Counted from the first letter of the stretch, positions 18,668-29,919 are shown. The stretch: DNA of 64,000 bases from an uncultured Clostridium sp. (GCA_900549235.1 URNT01000011.1:4839-68838), one strand, 5' to 3'. Notes: generated from the letters alone by a model not told the origin. Numbers and translations are program-made.

Positions 18668-19576
18668 TTATTCAAGGGGACGGATATAAAAATTGCCGGC
18701 TACGTCGCTGGAATTGATCACATTTACAAAGGTTTCAGGATAAGCCTCCCGGATCCGTTTTTTCACCTTTCTTACATCATTGTCAGAAAGGACGGTGTAG
18801 ATCAGATATTTCTTGCTGGCTGTATAGGATCCCACTGCCTTTAAAATAGTGCTGCTGTGGTTGGTCAGCTCAAAGAGATCCGCCGACACCGCCGCCGGAT
18901 TGTCCGTAACGATCAGCAGAGTCTTTTTCTTGTACTTCTTATAAAAGGTATTGATCACCTGTGTATTACAAAACTGGAAAATAATGGAATATAAAGCCTT
19001 ATCCATGCCAAAGAGCCTGCCGGAGATCAAAATGATCACCGCGCTGAACATAAGCATATAGTTGAAGGCAGATACCTTATACTTGGCTGACAAAGACATG
19101 GCGATAAAATCGGTCCCGCCTCCGCTGGCATTGTTGTTCAGGATAAAGCTCATGCCCAGCCCGTTTAAGATCCCGCCGAATACAGAGATAAGCAGAATGT
19201 CTCCTGTGATGGGAATCACCGGCAGTTCGTCTACCAGGACAGACACGGTAAACAGGCTGATGCAGGAAAGGATGGTAAACTTCTTTCCCACCAGGCGGTA
19301 GGCAAACACTGCCGGTATGGCATTAAAGATCACATTTAAAAATGTAAATGGGATTTTTACATCATAAAATGTGAGCCCCACTCTCTGGATCAGCTTTGCC
19401 AGCCCGGAAAATCCTCCCGGCACAAGCTCCCCCTGCTCTACAAAGGTGTTCATATTCACCGCTACCAGAAGGCTGCCCAGGAGGATGCAGATCAATGACA
19501 GCGCATCCCGCCAGCCCTTGCTCCCGGACGACCTTATTATGTTTTTCTGATAAAGCTCTGATACCTTCTCTTCCAT
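18668..19576 (-). CDS. YitT family membrane protein
   Basis: PGGFSG and ASGGGTD motifs; multiple TM helices. Confidence 0.88.
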   Translation of the reverse strand: MEEKVSELYQKNIIRSSGSKGWRDALSLICILLGSLLVAVNMNTFVEQGELVPGGFSGLAKLIQRVGLTFYDVKIPFTFLNVIFNAIPAVFAYRLVGKKFTILSCISLFTVSVLVDELPVIPITGDILLISVFGGILNGLGMSFILNNNASGGGTDFIAMSLSAKYKVSAFNYMLMFSAVIILISGRLFGMDKALYSIIFQFCNTQVINTFYKKYKKKTLLIVTDNPAAVSADLFELTNHSSTILKAVGSYTASKKYLIYTVLSDNDVRKVKKRIREAYPETFVNVINSSDVAGNFYIRPLE

Positions 19577-19675
19577 GATGGCTGCTCCTCTTTTATTTGT
19601 GTCTTTTGATTATACCACTAAATGTATGTTCTGGTCTAGAGCGCGTTTGAAAATCTGTGTTCCTTTAAGTCAGCA

Positions 19676-19719
19676 AAAAACCCTGTACCTACGGCAATTC
19701 TCCATAAATACAGGGTTTT
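19676..19719 (-). terminator. Terminator downstream of tRNA-Gly
   Basis: AAAACCCTGTA...TACAGGGTTTT inverted repeat. Confidence 0.6.
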
Positions 19720-19725
19720 GTTATA

Positions 19726-19796
19726 AGCAGATGACGGGAATCGAACCCGCCTCCTCAGCTTGGGAAGCTGATATTCTACCGATGAACTACATCTGC
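19726..19796 (-). tRNA. tRNA-Gly(CCC)
   Basis: GCAGATG/CATCTGC acceptor stem, TCAGC-TTCCCAA-GCTGA anticodon arm. Confidence 0.96.
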
Positions 19797-19869
19797 GCGA
19801 CACAAATAGTATAGCACATCTGTAAAATTTTGCAAGTGGTTTTTTCATTTTTTACCGAACTTCCCAAAC

Positions 19870-21828
19870 TCACCCAAACCGTTCCGCGAGAACGCCTGAA
19901 TGATATGCCTCCAGCAGCATTTCCAGATCCTGTATCTTCTCTTTTAATTTCCGTCCCGTATCCGTGTCTCCTACCAGCTTCCGGCTGTTTGTACGCTTTA
20001 CCACAATGCTTTCGGAGTAAATGTCGCTTTCATTTTCGATGGCAGAGGCCCTGGAACGGAAAGGCTCATGGGCAGCCAGGATCAGGCCGTATGAGTTGTA
20101 GATCAGGGTATAACCGGCGATGCCGGTTTCCTTCTGATACGCCTTTGAAAAGCCGCCGTCGATCACCAGTACCCGGCCGCCGCATTTGACCGGATTCTCC
20201 CCCTGCTTGGAGCGGACGGGCACATGGCCGTTGATAATATGGCTTTCCTCGGAAAAAAGCCCGAATTCCGCCAGGATCGCTTCCATGGCAGACTCATCCT
20301 CAAGATGGCGGTAGTAAGGATTTTTCCGCTCCCTGTGGATTTCCTTATCCTCTAGGAAATACCGCTCAAAGGTAGCCATTTTATCCTTTCCAAAGAGGGG
20401 AGAATCCTCATGGAGCCAGATATACCACATCATATCCCGGCATTTCTTCCGTTCGGCCCTGTCCACAGACAGACAACCCTTTCTGATGCACCCTTCCAGA
20501 TACTCATACCAGGTCCGTCCCTTATATACATGCCCTTCCAGGCTGATCTCCTTCAGGCTTCCGTCCTCCTTTAAGGGAACACAGCCGTGATACAGGAGAT
20601 TGCCGTTGTATACCTTATAAAGACTTCCCTTGGCCAGCAGAAACCGCATATGCTGCTGAAGCTTTTCACAGTTTAAAAATGCCTTCTCCAGCCGCTCCAT
20701 CACCATCTCCTCCTCCGGCGACAGCTTATAGGGCGCCAGGGGATTCACTGTGGGAAAATGAGTATCCAGAAGCTTATATTCCTTCCCATTTATACACAGG
20801 GTCCCCTTTTCCCGGTTCATCTGGTGAAGAAGGTTCCGGTGCGCCAGCCCGTACTCCGGGTGTTCCTCAATCAGCTGGCCCTCCACCTTAAACTGGATGA
20901 CAGCAATGGCCTTATGCATCCGGCGGTTCATCTCCTGCTCTCCCGCCTCTCCCTGGCCGGCGCCCATAAGAGGAAAGCACTGGCAGGGATCATCACCGTA
21001 GATGTCCATGGCAAAGGCAGCCAGAGGCAGAAGGTTGATACCGTAGCCGTCCTCCAGTATATCCAAGTTTCCGTACCGGGCGCAGATCCGCACCACATTG
21101 GCAATGCAGCCTCTCTGGCCTGCAGCCGCTCCCATCCACAGCACGTCATGGTTTCCCCACTGAATATCCAGAGAATGGTGCTCCATGAGCTTATCGATGA
21201 TCAGATGGGGGCCAGGTCCTCTGTCATAAATATCTCCCAATATATGTAAATGATCCACCACCAGCCGCTGGATCAGCCGGCACAGGGCCACAATACATTC
21301 CTGGGCCCGGCCTACACGGATGATGGTCTGGACAATGGCGCTGTAGTAGGATTCCTTATCCCGCACATCCACCTTTTCTGTGATCAGCTCCTCGATCACA
21401 TAGGAAAACTCAGGAGGCAGAGCCTTTCTGACCTTGGAGCGGGTGTATTTGCTGGCGGCCCGCTTACTGATCTCGATGAGGCGGTAGAGTGTGATCTTGT
21501 ACCAGTCCTCGTGATTCTTATTTTTTTCCAGAAGCTGATCCATTTTTTCCCTGGGGTAATAGATCAGAGTGGCCAGAGTCTGCTTGTCCTGGTTGCTCAG
21601 TGTATTGCCGAACACATCATTTACCTTCCGTCTCACCGCGCCGGAGCCATTTTTCAGCACATGGGAAAATGCCTCGTATTCCCCGTGGATATCCGTAAGG
21701 AAATGCTCTGTGGCCTTTGGCAGGTTCAGGATGGCCTCCAGGTTGATGACCTCTGTGGAGGCTGCTGCCACAGTGGGATAAAGCTCAGAAAGCCGCTCCA
21801 GATATTTCATCTGTAAATCGTCCATCAA
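19870..21828 (-). CDS. fbp: Fructose-1,6-bisphosphatase class 3
   Basis: DIHGE, GDIYDRG, WGNHD, NGHVP, DGGFSKAY. Confidence 0.95.
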   Translation of the reverse strand: MMDDLQMKYLERLSELYPTVAAASTEVINLEAILNLPKATEHFLTDIHGEYEAFSHVLKNGSGAVRRKVNDVFGNTLSNQDKQTLATLIYYPREKMDQLLEKNKNHEDWYKITLYRLIEISKRAASKYTRSKVRKALPPEFSYVIEELITEKVDVRDKESYYSAIVQTIIRVGRAQECIVALCRLIQRLVVDHLHILGDIYDRGPGPHLIIDKLMEHHSLDIQWGNHDVLWMGAAAGQRGCIANVVRICARYGNLDILEDGYGINLLPLAAFAMDIYGDDPCQCFPLMGAGQGEAGEQEMNRRMHKAIAVIQFKVEGQLIEEHPEYGLAHRNLLHQMNREKGTLCINGKEYKLLDTHFPTVNPLAPYKLSPEEEMVMERLEKAFLNCEKLQQHMRFLLAKGSLYKVYNGNLLYHGCVPLKEDGSLKEISLEGHVYKGRTWYEYLEGCIRKGCLSVDRAERKKCRDMMWYIWLHEDSPLFGKDKMATFERYFLEDKEIHRERKNPYYRHLEDESAMEAILAEFGLFSEESHIINGHVPVRSKQGENPVKCGGRVLVIDGGFSKAYQKETGIAGYTLIYNSYGLILAAHEPFRSRASAIENESDIYSESIVVKRTNSRKLVGDTDTGRKLKEKIQDLEMLLEAYHSGVLAERFG

Positions 21829-21838
21829 TTTTCTCCTT

Positions 21839-23092
21839 TTATACTTCTGTTTTCTGATCCAGCTCTACATAACGTCCTTCCTCTTCATCAATATAATCCA
21901 GGTCCATATAGGCTCCTGTCTCCGGGGAAAGCTGCTTCTTTTCCAGGGCACCGTTGATATAGACGGCGATGGAACGATAGATCACCGCAAAGGCCGGCAC
22001 CGCAATGATCATCCCCACAAATCCTAAAAGCCCGCCGAACAGAAGAATGGAAAACAGCACCCAGAAGCTGGGAAGGCCGGTGGAATCTCCAAGGATCTTC
22101 GGCCCCAGGATATTGCCGTCAAACTGCTGCAGGATCAGGATAAAAATAAGGAAATAGAGACATTTCACCGGATCTGCCAGCAGGATTAAAAACGCGCTGG
22201 GAACCGCGCCGATAAAGGGGCCGAAAAACGGGATCACATTGGTAACACCTACGATCACGCTGACTAAAAGCACATAGGGCATTTTTAAAAACTGCAGGGC
22301 AAAAAAACATAAAATACCGATAATCAGGGAATCCAAAAGCTTCCCGGTAATAAAACCGCCAAATACGCTGTGGGCAAACCGGACCTCACTGATGATCCGG
22401 TTTGCGGACCTCACCCGGAACAGGCCATAGAGAATCTTCTTAGCCTGGGCGCAGAGAGTATCCTTTATATTCAGAAAGTATACCATTACGATCACGCCAA
22501 TGAGGATATTTTTCACAATGGTAAACACATTTAGAAGGCCAGCAGACAGGCGGTTGATGATCAGGGACATATTGGGCACCAGATCGGTGGCCATCCAGGT
22601 CTGGAACCGTTCTGCCGCCTGCCCATAGACCGGCATGATCACCTGCTCCACCTCCGGGTTATCCTCAAACAGCCTGGTAAGCCAGAGGGACAGGTTGTTA
22701 ATATTGTCCTCCAAGCCGGCCTGAAGTCCCAGGATACTCTCATAGATCTGAGGAATGATCATCCAGATCAGGCCGGATACAATGGTGATCAGTACAGCCA
22801 GGCTTACCAGGGTGGCGGCCGCTTTTGCTGTGCTGGTACGCGTCCTTTGGCTGCGCAGCTTTTTGGCTGTCTTTTTCTCCACCCACGCCCTGGTATGGTT
22901 GTAGATGGGCAGCATCAGATAGGCCAGCACCGCCCCGTATATAATAGGCATCAATATCTCTGTCAGCTTTCCCACTGCCCCGGATACAAGCTCAAAGCGG
23001 GACAGGAAAAATCCGAAGGCAACGCTTAAGGCAACTACTACCAGGGCGGTAATGCCCCAGCAGATATAGTGTTTGAATTTCAGTTTTTTCAT
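21839..23092 (-). CDS. AI-2E family transporter
   Basis: IPFFGPFIG, QQFDGNILGPKILG. Confidence 0.9.
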   Translation of the reverse strand: MKKLKFKHYICWGITALVVVALSVAFGFFLSRFELVSGAVGKLTEILMPIIYGAVLAYLMLPIYNHTRAWVEKKTAKKLRSQRTRTSTAKAAATLVSLAVLITIVSGLIWMIIPQIYESILGLQAGLEDNINNLSLWLTRLFEDNPEVEQVIMPVYGQAAERFQTWMATDLVPNMSLIINRLSAGLLNVFTIVKNILIGVIVMVYFLNIKDTLCAQAKKILYGLFRVRSANRIISEVRFAHSVFGGFITGKLLDSLIIGILCFFALQFLKMPYVLLVSVIVGVTNVIPFFGPFIGAVPSAFLILLADPVKCLYFLIFILILQQFDGNILGPKILGDSTGLPSFWVLFSILLFGGLLGFVGMIIAVPAFAVIYRSIAVYINGALEKKQLSPETGAYMDLDYIDEEEGRYVELDQKTEV

Positions 23093-23263
23093 TCCGGAAT
23101 CTCCTTGTTGTATCAATATAGCTTCAGTATAACATGAGTTTCCCGCAAGTGGAAGGAGTGTGTTAAGAAATTATAAGGATTCTGTTTATTTTCTTGACAA
23201 TTTGTATTTTTGTGTATACAATATTTCTCAACAAACCAAAAGAAAGGATCCAGATCCTCACAT

Positions 23264-24334
23264 ATGTACGATAAGCGTTTTACTTTTATTGTGAATTTTC
23301 TTTATTTCGGAATCATGGTTTTGATCGCCTGGTTTTTCATTGGCTATGCCCTTCCTATGGTCATGCCCTTTGCCATCGGCTTTGTGCTGGCAGCTCTTCT
23401 GCAAAAGCCCGGCCGTTTTCTGTCGGAAAAGCTTAAGATGCCAAAGAGGCTGACAGCCCTTATTCTGGTGCTGCTGTTCTACTCCACCATAGGGCTTCTT
23501 ATTGTTTTGGGAAGCATACGGGCCTTCAGCTATTTTAAGGATTTGGTAACAAACCTGCCCGCTCTCTATGCTCAGTATATAGAGCCGGTTCTGGCAAAGA
23601 TGTTCCTCACCATGGAAGGCTGGACCCAGAACCTGGATCCCTACCTGGAGACCACCCTTAAGGAACTGTTCAGTCAGACCCTTTCCAGCCTGGGAGACCT
23701 TGTCTCCAGCCTGTCCATGTCCGCCATGACCATGGTATCTGGTGCGGCCTCCTCCCTGCCCAGCTTTTTTATCAAGCTCCTTCTGATGATCATATCCACC
23801 TTTTTTATCGCTTTAGATTATGATCAGCTGACCGGCTTCTGTATGAGGCAGCTGACAGGAAGAAAACGGGAGCTGGTTCTTCAAATCAAGGAGTATGTGA
23901 TCGGCACTCTGTTTATGTGCATCCGTTCCTATGCCATTATTATGTCTCTTACCTTTGTGGAGCTGTCCATCGGGCTTACGGTGATCGGCATCAATTACTC
24001 CGTACTGATCGCCTTTATGATCTCCATTTTCGACATCCTGCCCGTCCTTGGCACCGGAGGGATTATGCTTCCCTGGGTTGTGATCACTGCTTTTTATGGT
24101 GACATCCCCCTGGCTCTTGGCCTTTTAGTGGTATATCTGGCAGTCACCGTTATCCGAAATATCTTAGAGCCTAAGATCGTAGGAAGCCAGATCGGCCTTC
24201 ATCCAGTGCTTACCCTGGTCAGTATGTTCGTGGGACTGCAGCTCTTTGGAGTGCTGGGACTCTTTGGCTTCCCTATCGGACTTTCTCTTTTAAGGCATCT
24301 GAATGAAACAGGAGCTGTACGGATCTTCAAATAA
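23264..24334 (+). CDS. ytvI: YtvI-type AI-2E family membrane protein
   Basis: DILPVLGTG, RNILEPKIVG...GLHP. Confidence 0.8.
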   Translation: MYDKRFTFIVNFLYFGIMVLIAWFFIGYALPMVMPFAIGFVLAALLQKPGRFLSEKLKMPKRLTALILVLLFYSTIGLLIVLGSIRAFSYFKDLVTNLPALYAQYIEPVLAKMFLTMEGWTQNLDPYLETTLKELFSQTLSSLGDLVSSLSMSAMTMVSGAASSLPSFFIKLLLMIISTFFIALDYDQLTGFCMRQLTGRKRELVLQIKEYVIGTLFMCIRSYAIIMSLTFVELSIGLTVIGINYSVLIAFMISIFDILPVLGTGGIMLPWVVITAFYGDIPLALGLLVVYLAVTVIRNILEPKIVGSQIGLHPVLTLVSMFVGLQLFGVLGLFGFPIGLSLLRHLNETGAVRIFK

Positions 24335-24347
24335 ACAAGGCATTATA

Positions 24348-24390
24348 AAAGGCACCGGGATCCAGCAAATGCTGGACATCCGGTGCCTTA
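24348..24390. terminator. Bidirectional terminator between ytvI and cdd
   Basis: AAGGCACCGG...CCGGTGCCTT inverted repeat. Confidence 0.7.
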
Positions 24391-24397
24391 AAATATT

Positions 24398-24826
24398 TTA
24401 TTTCAAATTCCCAGGTCCAAAGCCCATAGGCAGAAGTTCCTTCAGAGTCATAACCTGGTACTCATCCCGGCTTACAGCCAAGATGATCTGGAAGGTTTCC
24501 GGATCGCAGAACTCCATCATCACCTGGCGGCAGACACCGCAGGGAGATGTAAACTCTGTAAGGATCCCGTCCTTTCCGCCTACGACGCAGATGGCATCAA
24601 AGCTTTTTACCCCTTCGCTGACTGCCTTGAAAAAAGCGGTGCGCTCTGCGCAGTTGCAGGGAGTATAGGCTGCGTTTTCGATATTGCAGCCGGTAAAGAT
24701 CCTGCCGTCCTTTGCCAGCAGGGCAGCCCCCACATGGAAATGGGAATAGGGAACATAGGAAAATGCCAGCTGCCTGACTGCAATATCAATCAGATTCCTG
24801 ATCTGATCCTCTTCTAATTCTTTCAT
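24398..24826 (-). CDS. cdd: Cytidine deaminase
   Basis: PYSHFHVGAA, NIENAAY, CAER, PCGVCRQ. Confidence 0.96.
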   Translation of the reverse strand: MKELEEDQIRNLIDIAVRQLAFSYVPYSHFHVGAALLAKDGRIFTGCNIENAAYTPCNCAERTAFFKAVSEGVKSFDAICVVGGKDGILTEFTSPCGVCRQVMMEFCDPETFQIILAVSRDEYQVMTLKELLPMGFGPGNLK

Positions 24827-24840
24827 TCTCCTGCCTCCCA

Positions 24841-25506
24841 TCAATATCCGGCTGCTTCTTCATTCTTCGCCAGCTTAATGATCCGGCTGGTGCCCAGTCT
24901 GTCAGCTCCAAGGCTGAGGAAACGCTCCGCATCCTCCAGAGAGGAAATGCCTCCGGCAGCCTTCATCTTTACCTCCGGCCCAATGTTGGCCGCAAACAGC
25001 TCAATATCCTCAAAAGTAGCTCCAGACTTTGAAAATCCGGTGGATGTCTTAATATAATCGGCTCCGGCAGCCGTTACCACCTGGCACATTCTTACCTTTT
25101 CCTCTTCAGTCAGAAGGCAGGTCTCGATAATGACTTTCAAAATTTTCTGGCCGCAGGCAGCCTTTAATGTACGGATCTCCTCCTGGATTTTATCAAAATG
25201 TCCGTCCTTTACCCAGCCCAGGTTGATCACCATATCGATCTCATCTGCGCCCTCAGCCAGGGCCTCCTTTGTTTCAAATTCCTTTACTTTTGTGGTGGAA
25301 TAGCCGTTCGGGAAACCTACAACTGTACATACAGCCATCCTGTCTCCCACATATTCCTTCGCCTGCTTTACATAGCTTGGAGGGATGCATACGGAAGCGG
25401 TCCCGTATGCAATGGCATCGTCACAGATCTGGCGGATTTCCTCCCAGCCGGCTGTCTGTGTCAGAAGTGTATGGTCTACATGTCCTAAAATCTCTTTTAC
25501 ATCCAT
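24841..25506 (-). CDS. deoC: Deoxyribose-phosphate aldolase
   Basis: [24 protein letters not shown]. Confidence 0.96.
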   Translation of the reverse strand: MDVKEILGHVDHTLLTQTAGWEEIRQICDDAIAYGTASVCIPPSYVKQAKEYVGDRMAVCTVVGFPNGYSTTKVKEFETKEALAEGADEIDMVINLGWVKDGHFDKIQEEIRTLKAACGQKILKVIIETCLLTEEEKVRMCQVVTAAGADYIKTSTGFSKSGATFEDIELFAANIGPEVKMKAAGGISSLEDAERFLSLGADRLGTSRIIKLAKNEEAAGY

Positions 25507-25518
25507 TTTTCTTATCTC

Positions 25519-26454
25519 CTACTTAGATTTAACGAAAATCTTTCCATTTGCCGCCGGTGTATGGGCCCTGCCTACAAAAAGAACAAGAGCCAGCAGAGTT
25601 ACCACATAGGGGATCATGGAGATCAGGTTCGGCGAAATCACATTGCTCTGGCCTGCAAGGCTCTTGATGCCGCTGCAGAAACCAAAGAGCAGGCAGGCAA
25701 GCATGGCGCCTCCCGGTGAAAACTTACCGAAAATAACCGCTGCAATGGCGATAAAGCCCTGTCCCACGATTACGCTGGGGCGGAACTGATTGATGGTTGC
25801 CAGTGTAACAAAGGCGCCGCCAAGGCCTGCCATAAAACCGGACAGGATCACACAGATATAGCGCACCTTATATACGTCAATGCCAAGGGACTCACAGGCC
25901 TCCGGATGCTCTCCCACTGCCCGCAGATGAGCTCCGAACCGTGTCTTGTAAAATACGAACCAGCAGACAGCAGCCAGGATAAATACCAGATAAGCCACAG
26001 AATATACATTCAGCACATTGCTCCAGAAGGAACCTGCCGGAAATACTCCCTCAAAGAGCTTTGGCAGCTTACAGCTGGGATCCATCGCCGGCGTATCGGA
26101 GGAATTGTTAAACATGGCTTTGCAGAGAAACACCGCAAGGCCGGGGCCTAAAAAGTTAATGGCTGTTCCGGCAATGGTCTGATCCGCATGAAAGGAAATA
26201 CAGGCCACCGCATGGATCAGGCCGAACAAGGCTCCCGCAAGGCCGGCACAGAAAAAGGCGAGCCAGCCATTTCCTGTTACAAGTCCCATAACGGCTCCTG
26301 TAAAGGCTCCGATGCTCATCATGCCTTCAATTCCGATGTTGATAACGCCGCTTCGCTCTGAAAAACAGGAGCCTAATGCCGCCAGCAGAAGGGGAGGCGT
26401 AGCGATCAGCGTCGCATTGATCAAAAGACCCAGATTTTTAATGATACCATCCAT
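25519..26454 (-). CDS. Nucleoside ABC transporter permease
   Basis: SERSGVINIGIEG, GEHPEA; start at MDGII. Confidence 0.9.
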   Translation of the reverse strand: MDGIIKNLGLLINATLIATPPLLLAALGSCFSERSGVINIGIEGMMSIGAFTGAVMGLVTGNGWLAFFCAGLAGALFGLIHAVACISFHADQTIAGTAINFLGPGLAVFLCKAMFNNSSDTPAMDPSCKLPKLFEGVFPAGSFWSNVLNVYSVAYLVFILAAVCWFVFYKTRFGAHLRAVGEHPEACESLGIDVYKVRYICVILSGFMAGLGGAFVTLATINQFRPSVIVGQGFIAIAAVIFGKFSPGGAMLACLLFGFCSGIKSLAGQSNVISPNLISMIPYVVTLLALVLFVGRAHTPAANGKIFVKSK

Positions 26455-26455
26455 A

Positions 26456-27526
26456 TTAGTTTGCCTCCTTCTTCGCTGCCAGCCTTCTGAAAAGGATCCT
26501 GAAGATCTGTGAGATGGCAATAAACAGGATCACACAGCCCATGATAATATCTACAACCTCAGAAGGCGCTTTCACGATGCTTAATTTGGAGCCGCCGTAC
26601 TTCATGGCTCCGTAGAACAGGCCGGAAAAGATACAGCCGATGGGGCTTGAGGAACCGATGAGGGCCACAGTGATGCCCTCAAAGCCGAAGCCCTCCTGCC
26701 CTGCAAATTGGCTGAGACGACCGGACATGCCAAGGATCTGCACCGCGCCTCCAAGGCCTGCCAGAGCGCCGGAGATACCAAGTGCCGTAAGTACAGAGGC
26801 ATCGGAGTTGATCCCCGCGTAAAGGGCTCCGTTGCTGTTAAAGCCCACTGCCTTCAGCTTATAGCCCAGGGTGGTCTTTTCAATGATGATCCAGATGATC
26901 ACAGCAGCGATCACAGCCAGAACGATGCCCCAGTTTGCCGCGGTACAGCCTAAAAGGTTCCTTAAACCCTCAGGGAACAGGATCCTGGCGGAGGCTGCAA
27001 CATCCTTTGTAGCCTCGCCTCCGCTGCCCTTATGGATAGCCGGAAGGTTTACTACATAGTTTGAAAGGTAAAAGGCTACCCAGTTAAACATGATAAAAGA
27101 AAGAACCTCGTGGATTCCCCTCTTTACCTTTAAAAGGCCTACCAAAAGGGACCATACCATACCGGCTGCTGCCGCGGCCAGAAGACATAAAGGCACATGG
27201 ATCCAGAAAGGAAGGTCCAGAAGGATACCCAGGGTGCAGGCCGCCAGGCTTCCTACTACAAACTGCCCCTCCGCTCCGATATTAAATACGCCGGTGCGGA
27301 AGGAAAAGGCAACGCTCAATCCTGTAAAGATCAGAGGGCTGGCGTAGGTCAGAACCCATACAAGGTACTTGGGCTTGCTGAATACGCTGCTCAGGAGCTT
27401 TCCATAAGCCACAATCGGGCTGATCCCTGCGATCAGAAGGAAAATTGCTCCGATGATAAAGCCCGCAATGATTGCGATGACGGTATAAAATACATTGCTC
27501 TCCAGAATGCTTTTCTTTTTATTCAT
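26456..27526 (-). CDS. Nucleoside ABC transporter permease
   Basis: FNIGAEGQ, HEVLSFIMFN. Confidence 0.9.
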   Translation of the reverse strand: MNKKKSILESNVFYTVIAIIAGFIIGAIFLLIAGISPIVAYGKLLSSVFSKPKYLVWVLTYASPLIFTGLSVAFSFRTGVFNIGAEGQFVVGSLAACTLGILLDLPFWIHVPLCLLAAAAAGMVWSLLVGLLKVKRGIHEVLSFIMFNWVAFYLSNYVVNLPAIHKGSGGEATKDVAASARILFPEGLRNLLGCTAANWGIVLAVIAAVIIWIIIEKTTLGYKLKAVGFNSNGALYAGINSDASVLTALGISGALAGLGGAVQILGMSGRLSQFAGQEGFGFEGITVALIGSSSPIGCIFSGLFYGAMKYGGSKLSIVKAPSEVVDIIMGCVILFIAISQIFRILFRRLAAKKEAN

Positions 27527-29063
27527 CCATCCTTCCTCCTGCCATCATATAGCCAAGCTCCTTTTCGTCCGCACCCTTTCCGGATACGCTTCCTGTGATC
27601 TGTCCGTCAAATACTACCTCGATCCGGTCAGAAAGGCTCATAATCTCATCCAGCTCAAAAGAAACCAGAAGCACAGCCCTGTTTTTATTTCTCTGCTCTA
27701 CCAGATATTTGTGTACAAACTCAATAGCTCCAACATCCAATCCTCTGGTGGGGTTTACGGCGATCAGAAGGTCCTTGTCATTGGTTACTTCCCGGGCAAT
27801 GATCACCTTCTGCTGGTTGCCGCCTGAAAGGGTGCCTGCAGGAGCTCCTTCACTGCCTCTGGGCCTTACATCAAACTGCTCGATCAGCTCAGTGGCATGG
27901 GCACGGATGGCCTTCCTGTTTAAGATCCCCTTGCTGGAATAGGGCTCCTCTTCAAAATGCTGGAGGATCAGATTATCCTCATTGGAAAATTCCAAGATCA
28001 GGCCATGCTTCTGACGATCAGCGGGAATGCTGGAAATGCCGCTTTCAAAGGTTTCCCTGGGGGTCTTGTTAAATACGTCCCTGCCAAGCATGGTAACGCT
28101 GCCTGAGTCTGCTTTTCTTAAGCCGGTGAGGATCTCCACCAGCTCTGTCTGGCCGTTTCCGTCTACTCCCGCAAGACCTACGATCTCGCCCCTGCGGACG
28201 CTTAAATTCAAGCCCTTAAGGATCTCCACATCGCGGTAATCCTTCGCGCGGATCCCCTTTACCTCCAGAACCACTTCTCCCGGCTCCATAGCCTTTTTGT
28301 CAACCTTAAAGTTTACATCACGGCCTACCATCATGGCGGCCAGATCATTTTCCGTTACTTCATTTACCTTTACTGTGCGGATATACTTACCCTGGCGGAT
28401 GATGGTGCACTGATCGGAGGAAGCGGTAATCTCCTTCAGCTTATGGGTGATCAGGATCACACTTTTTCCGTCTGCGGTCAGATTTTCAATGATCTCCATC
28501 AGTCCCTCGATCTCCTGAGGTGTCAGGGAAGCTGTAGGCTCATCCAGGATCAGGGTATCAGCCCCCCGGTAAAGCACCTTAAGGATTTCTACTCTCTGCT
28601 GCATGCCTACAGAAATATCTTCAATCCTGGCATCCGGATCAACCTTCATGCCGTAGCGTTCTGACAGCTCCAGAACCTTCTTTTTAGCCGTTTCCTTATC
28701 TACCACCAGTCCCTTTACCGGCTCGATTCCAAGGATAATATTTTCCGTTACCGTAAAGGGCTGGATCAGCATAAAATGCTGGTGTACCATACCGATCCCG
28801 ATGTCGATGGCATCCTTCGGGCTCTGGAAATGAACTTCCTTTCCTTTTATAAAGATCTGTCCGCTGGTAGGCTTGTACAGTCCGCAGAGTACATTCATCA
28901 TCGTACTCTTTCCGGCGCCGTTCTCTCCCAGAATCGCATGTACCTCTCCCTTGTGTACGGTCAGGTTAATATGGTCGTTTGCCGTAAAGCTGCCGAATTT
29001 CTTTACGATGTCTTTCATCTGGACAACCACCTGGCTCTCGTCTATATGGCTTACTCGTCCCAT
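27519..29063 (-). CDS. Nucleoside ABC transporter ATPase (tandem ABC domains)
   Basis: GENGAGKS, VHQHF, LSGGNQQK. Confidence 0.93.
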   Translation of the reverse strand: MGRVSHIDESQVVVQMKDIVKKFGSFTANDHINLTVHKGEVHAILGENGAGKSTMMNVLCGLYKPTSGQIFIKGKEVHFQSPKDAIDIGIGMVHQHFMLIQPFTVTENIILGIEPVKGLVVDKETAKKKVLELSERYGMKVDPDARIEDISVGMQQRVEILKVLYRGADTLILDEPTASLTPQEIEGLMEIIENLTADGKSVILITHKLKEITASSDQCTIIRQGKYIRTVKVNEVTENDLAAMMVGRDVNFKVDKKAMEPGEVVLEVKGIRAKDYRDVEILKGLNLSVRRGEIVGLAGVDGNGQTELVEILTGLRKADSGSVTMLGRDVFNKTPRETFESGISSIPADRQKHGLILEFSNEDNLILQHFEEEPYSSKGILNRKAIRAHATELIEQFDVRPRGSEGAPAGTLSGGNQQKVIIAREVTNDKDLLIAVNPTRGLDVGAIEFVHKYLVEQRNKNRAVLLVSFELDEIMSLSDRIEVVFDGQITGSVSGKGADEKELGYMMAGGRMDE

Positions 29064-29079
29064 GCATGCTCCCTCCTTC

Positions 29080-29919
29080 TTATATGATAATAATGTCCTG
29101 AAAGCCCATCTCCCTCAGTATATCTGCCAGACGTGAAAGCTCCGCCTGGGAGGGAACTGCAAAATGGGAATATTCTTCCCGCACTCCCATGGGTCTGTAT
29201 GCGATCAGTTTGATCCGTATAGCCTGTCCCTCGGGATAAGGGGACAGAAACGCTCCGATCTGCCGGATGCTCCTCTCTCCATCATAAAGCTCCGGCACGA
29301 TCACGGCCCTTACCTCCTCAAGCTTCCCCAGCTCTGCCAGATAAGCCGCGTTTTTAAGAACCATTTCATTGCCTTCACCGGTGATGCGCCGGTGATCCTC
29401 GGAATCAAAGGCCTTGATGTCAAGCATTACACCGTCTGCCAGCTCCAAAAGCCCCGGATACTCCCAGAAGGGAACACAGCCGTTGCTGTCAATGAGACAG
29501 CCAAGGCCCTCTGCCTTTGCCAGCCGGAATAATTCTTCTAAAAAATCCGGCCAGAGCATGCACTCCCCGCCGGATACTGTGATCCCCCGAATAAAGGGAA
29601 CCTGTTTTTTTACGCAGGCAAAAACCTCCTCGGGTGTCATCTCTCTGGTACGGGGTGAGCTGTCATGTGGACAGACATGGATACAGGTATCACACTGGAC
29701 ACACCGCTCCGGTGCGTAAGCCACCTTTCCGTTTTCCAGAGAAAGAGCCCCGGCGGGACACTGCTTAACACAGGTCCCGCACTGGATGCACTGCTTTCTG
29801 GTTTCAGGATTATGGCAGTATTTGCAGTTAATATTGCAGCCTTGAAGAAAGATCGCTGTCCGATTGCCAGGTCCATCCACACTGCTGAAGGGAAGAATCC
29901 TGTTTACAACCGCCTTCAT
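29080..29919 (-). CDS. yjjW: YjjW family glycyl-radical activating enzyme (radical SAM)
   Basis: VDGPG...QGCNINCKYCHNPET plus ferredoxin-type insertion CIQCGTC...CVQCDTC. Confidence 0.92.
   Translation of the reverse strand: MKAVVNRILPFSSVDGPGNRTAIFLQGCNINCKYCHNPETRKQCIQCGTCVKQCPAGALSLENGKVAYAPERCVQCDTCIHVCPHDSSPRTREMTPEEVFACVKKQVPFIRGITVSGGECMLWPDFLEELFRLAKAEGLGCLIDSNGCVPFWEYPGLLELADGVMLDIKAFDSEDHRRITGEGNEMVLKNAAYLAELGKLEEVRAVIVPELYDGERSIRQIGAFLSPYPEGQAIRIKLIAYRPMGVREEYSHFAVPSQAELSRLADILREMGFQDIIII

Noticed and set aside
19676..19796. tRNA-Gly as the att site of an island
   Set aside because: No integrase nearby and no duplicated tRNA 3' end seen; flanks are housekeeping genes
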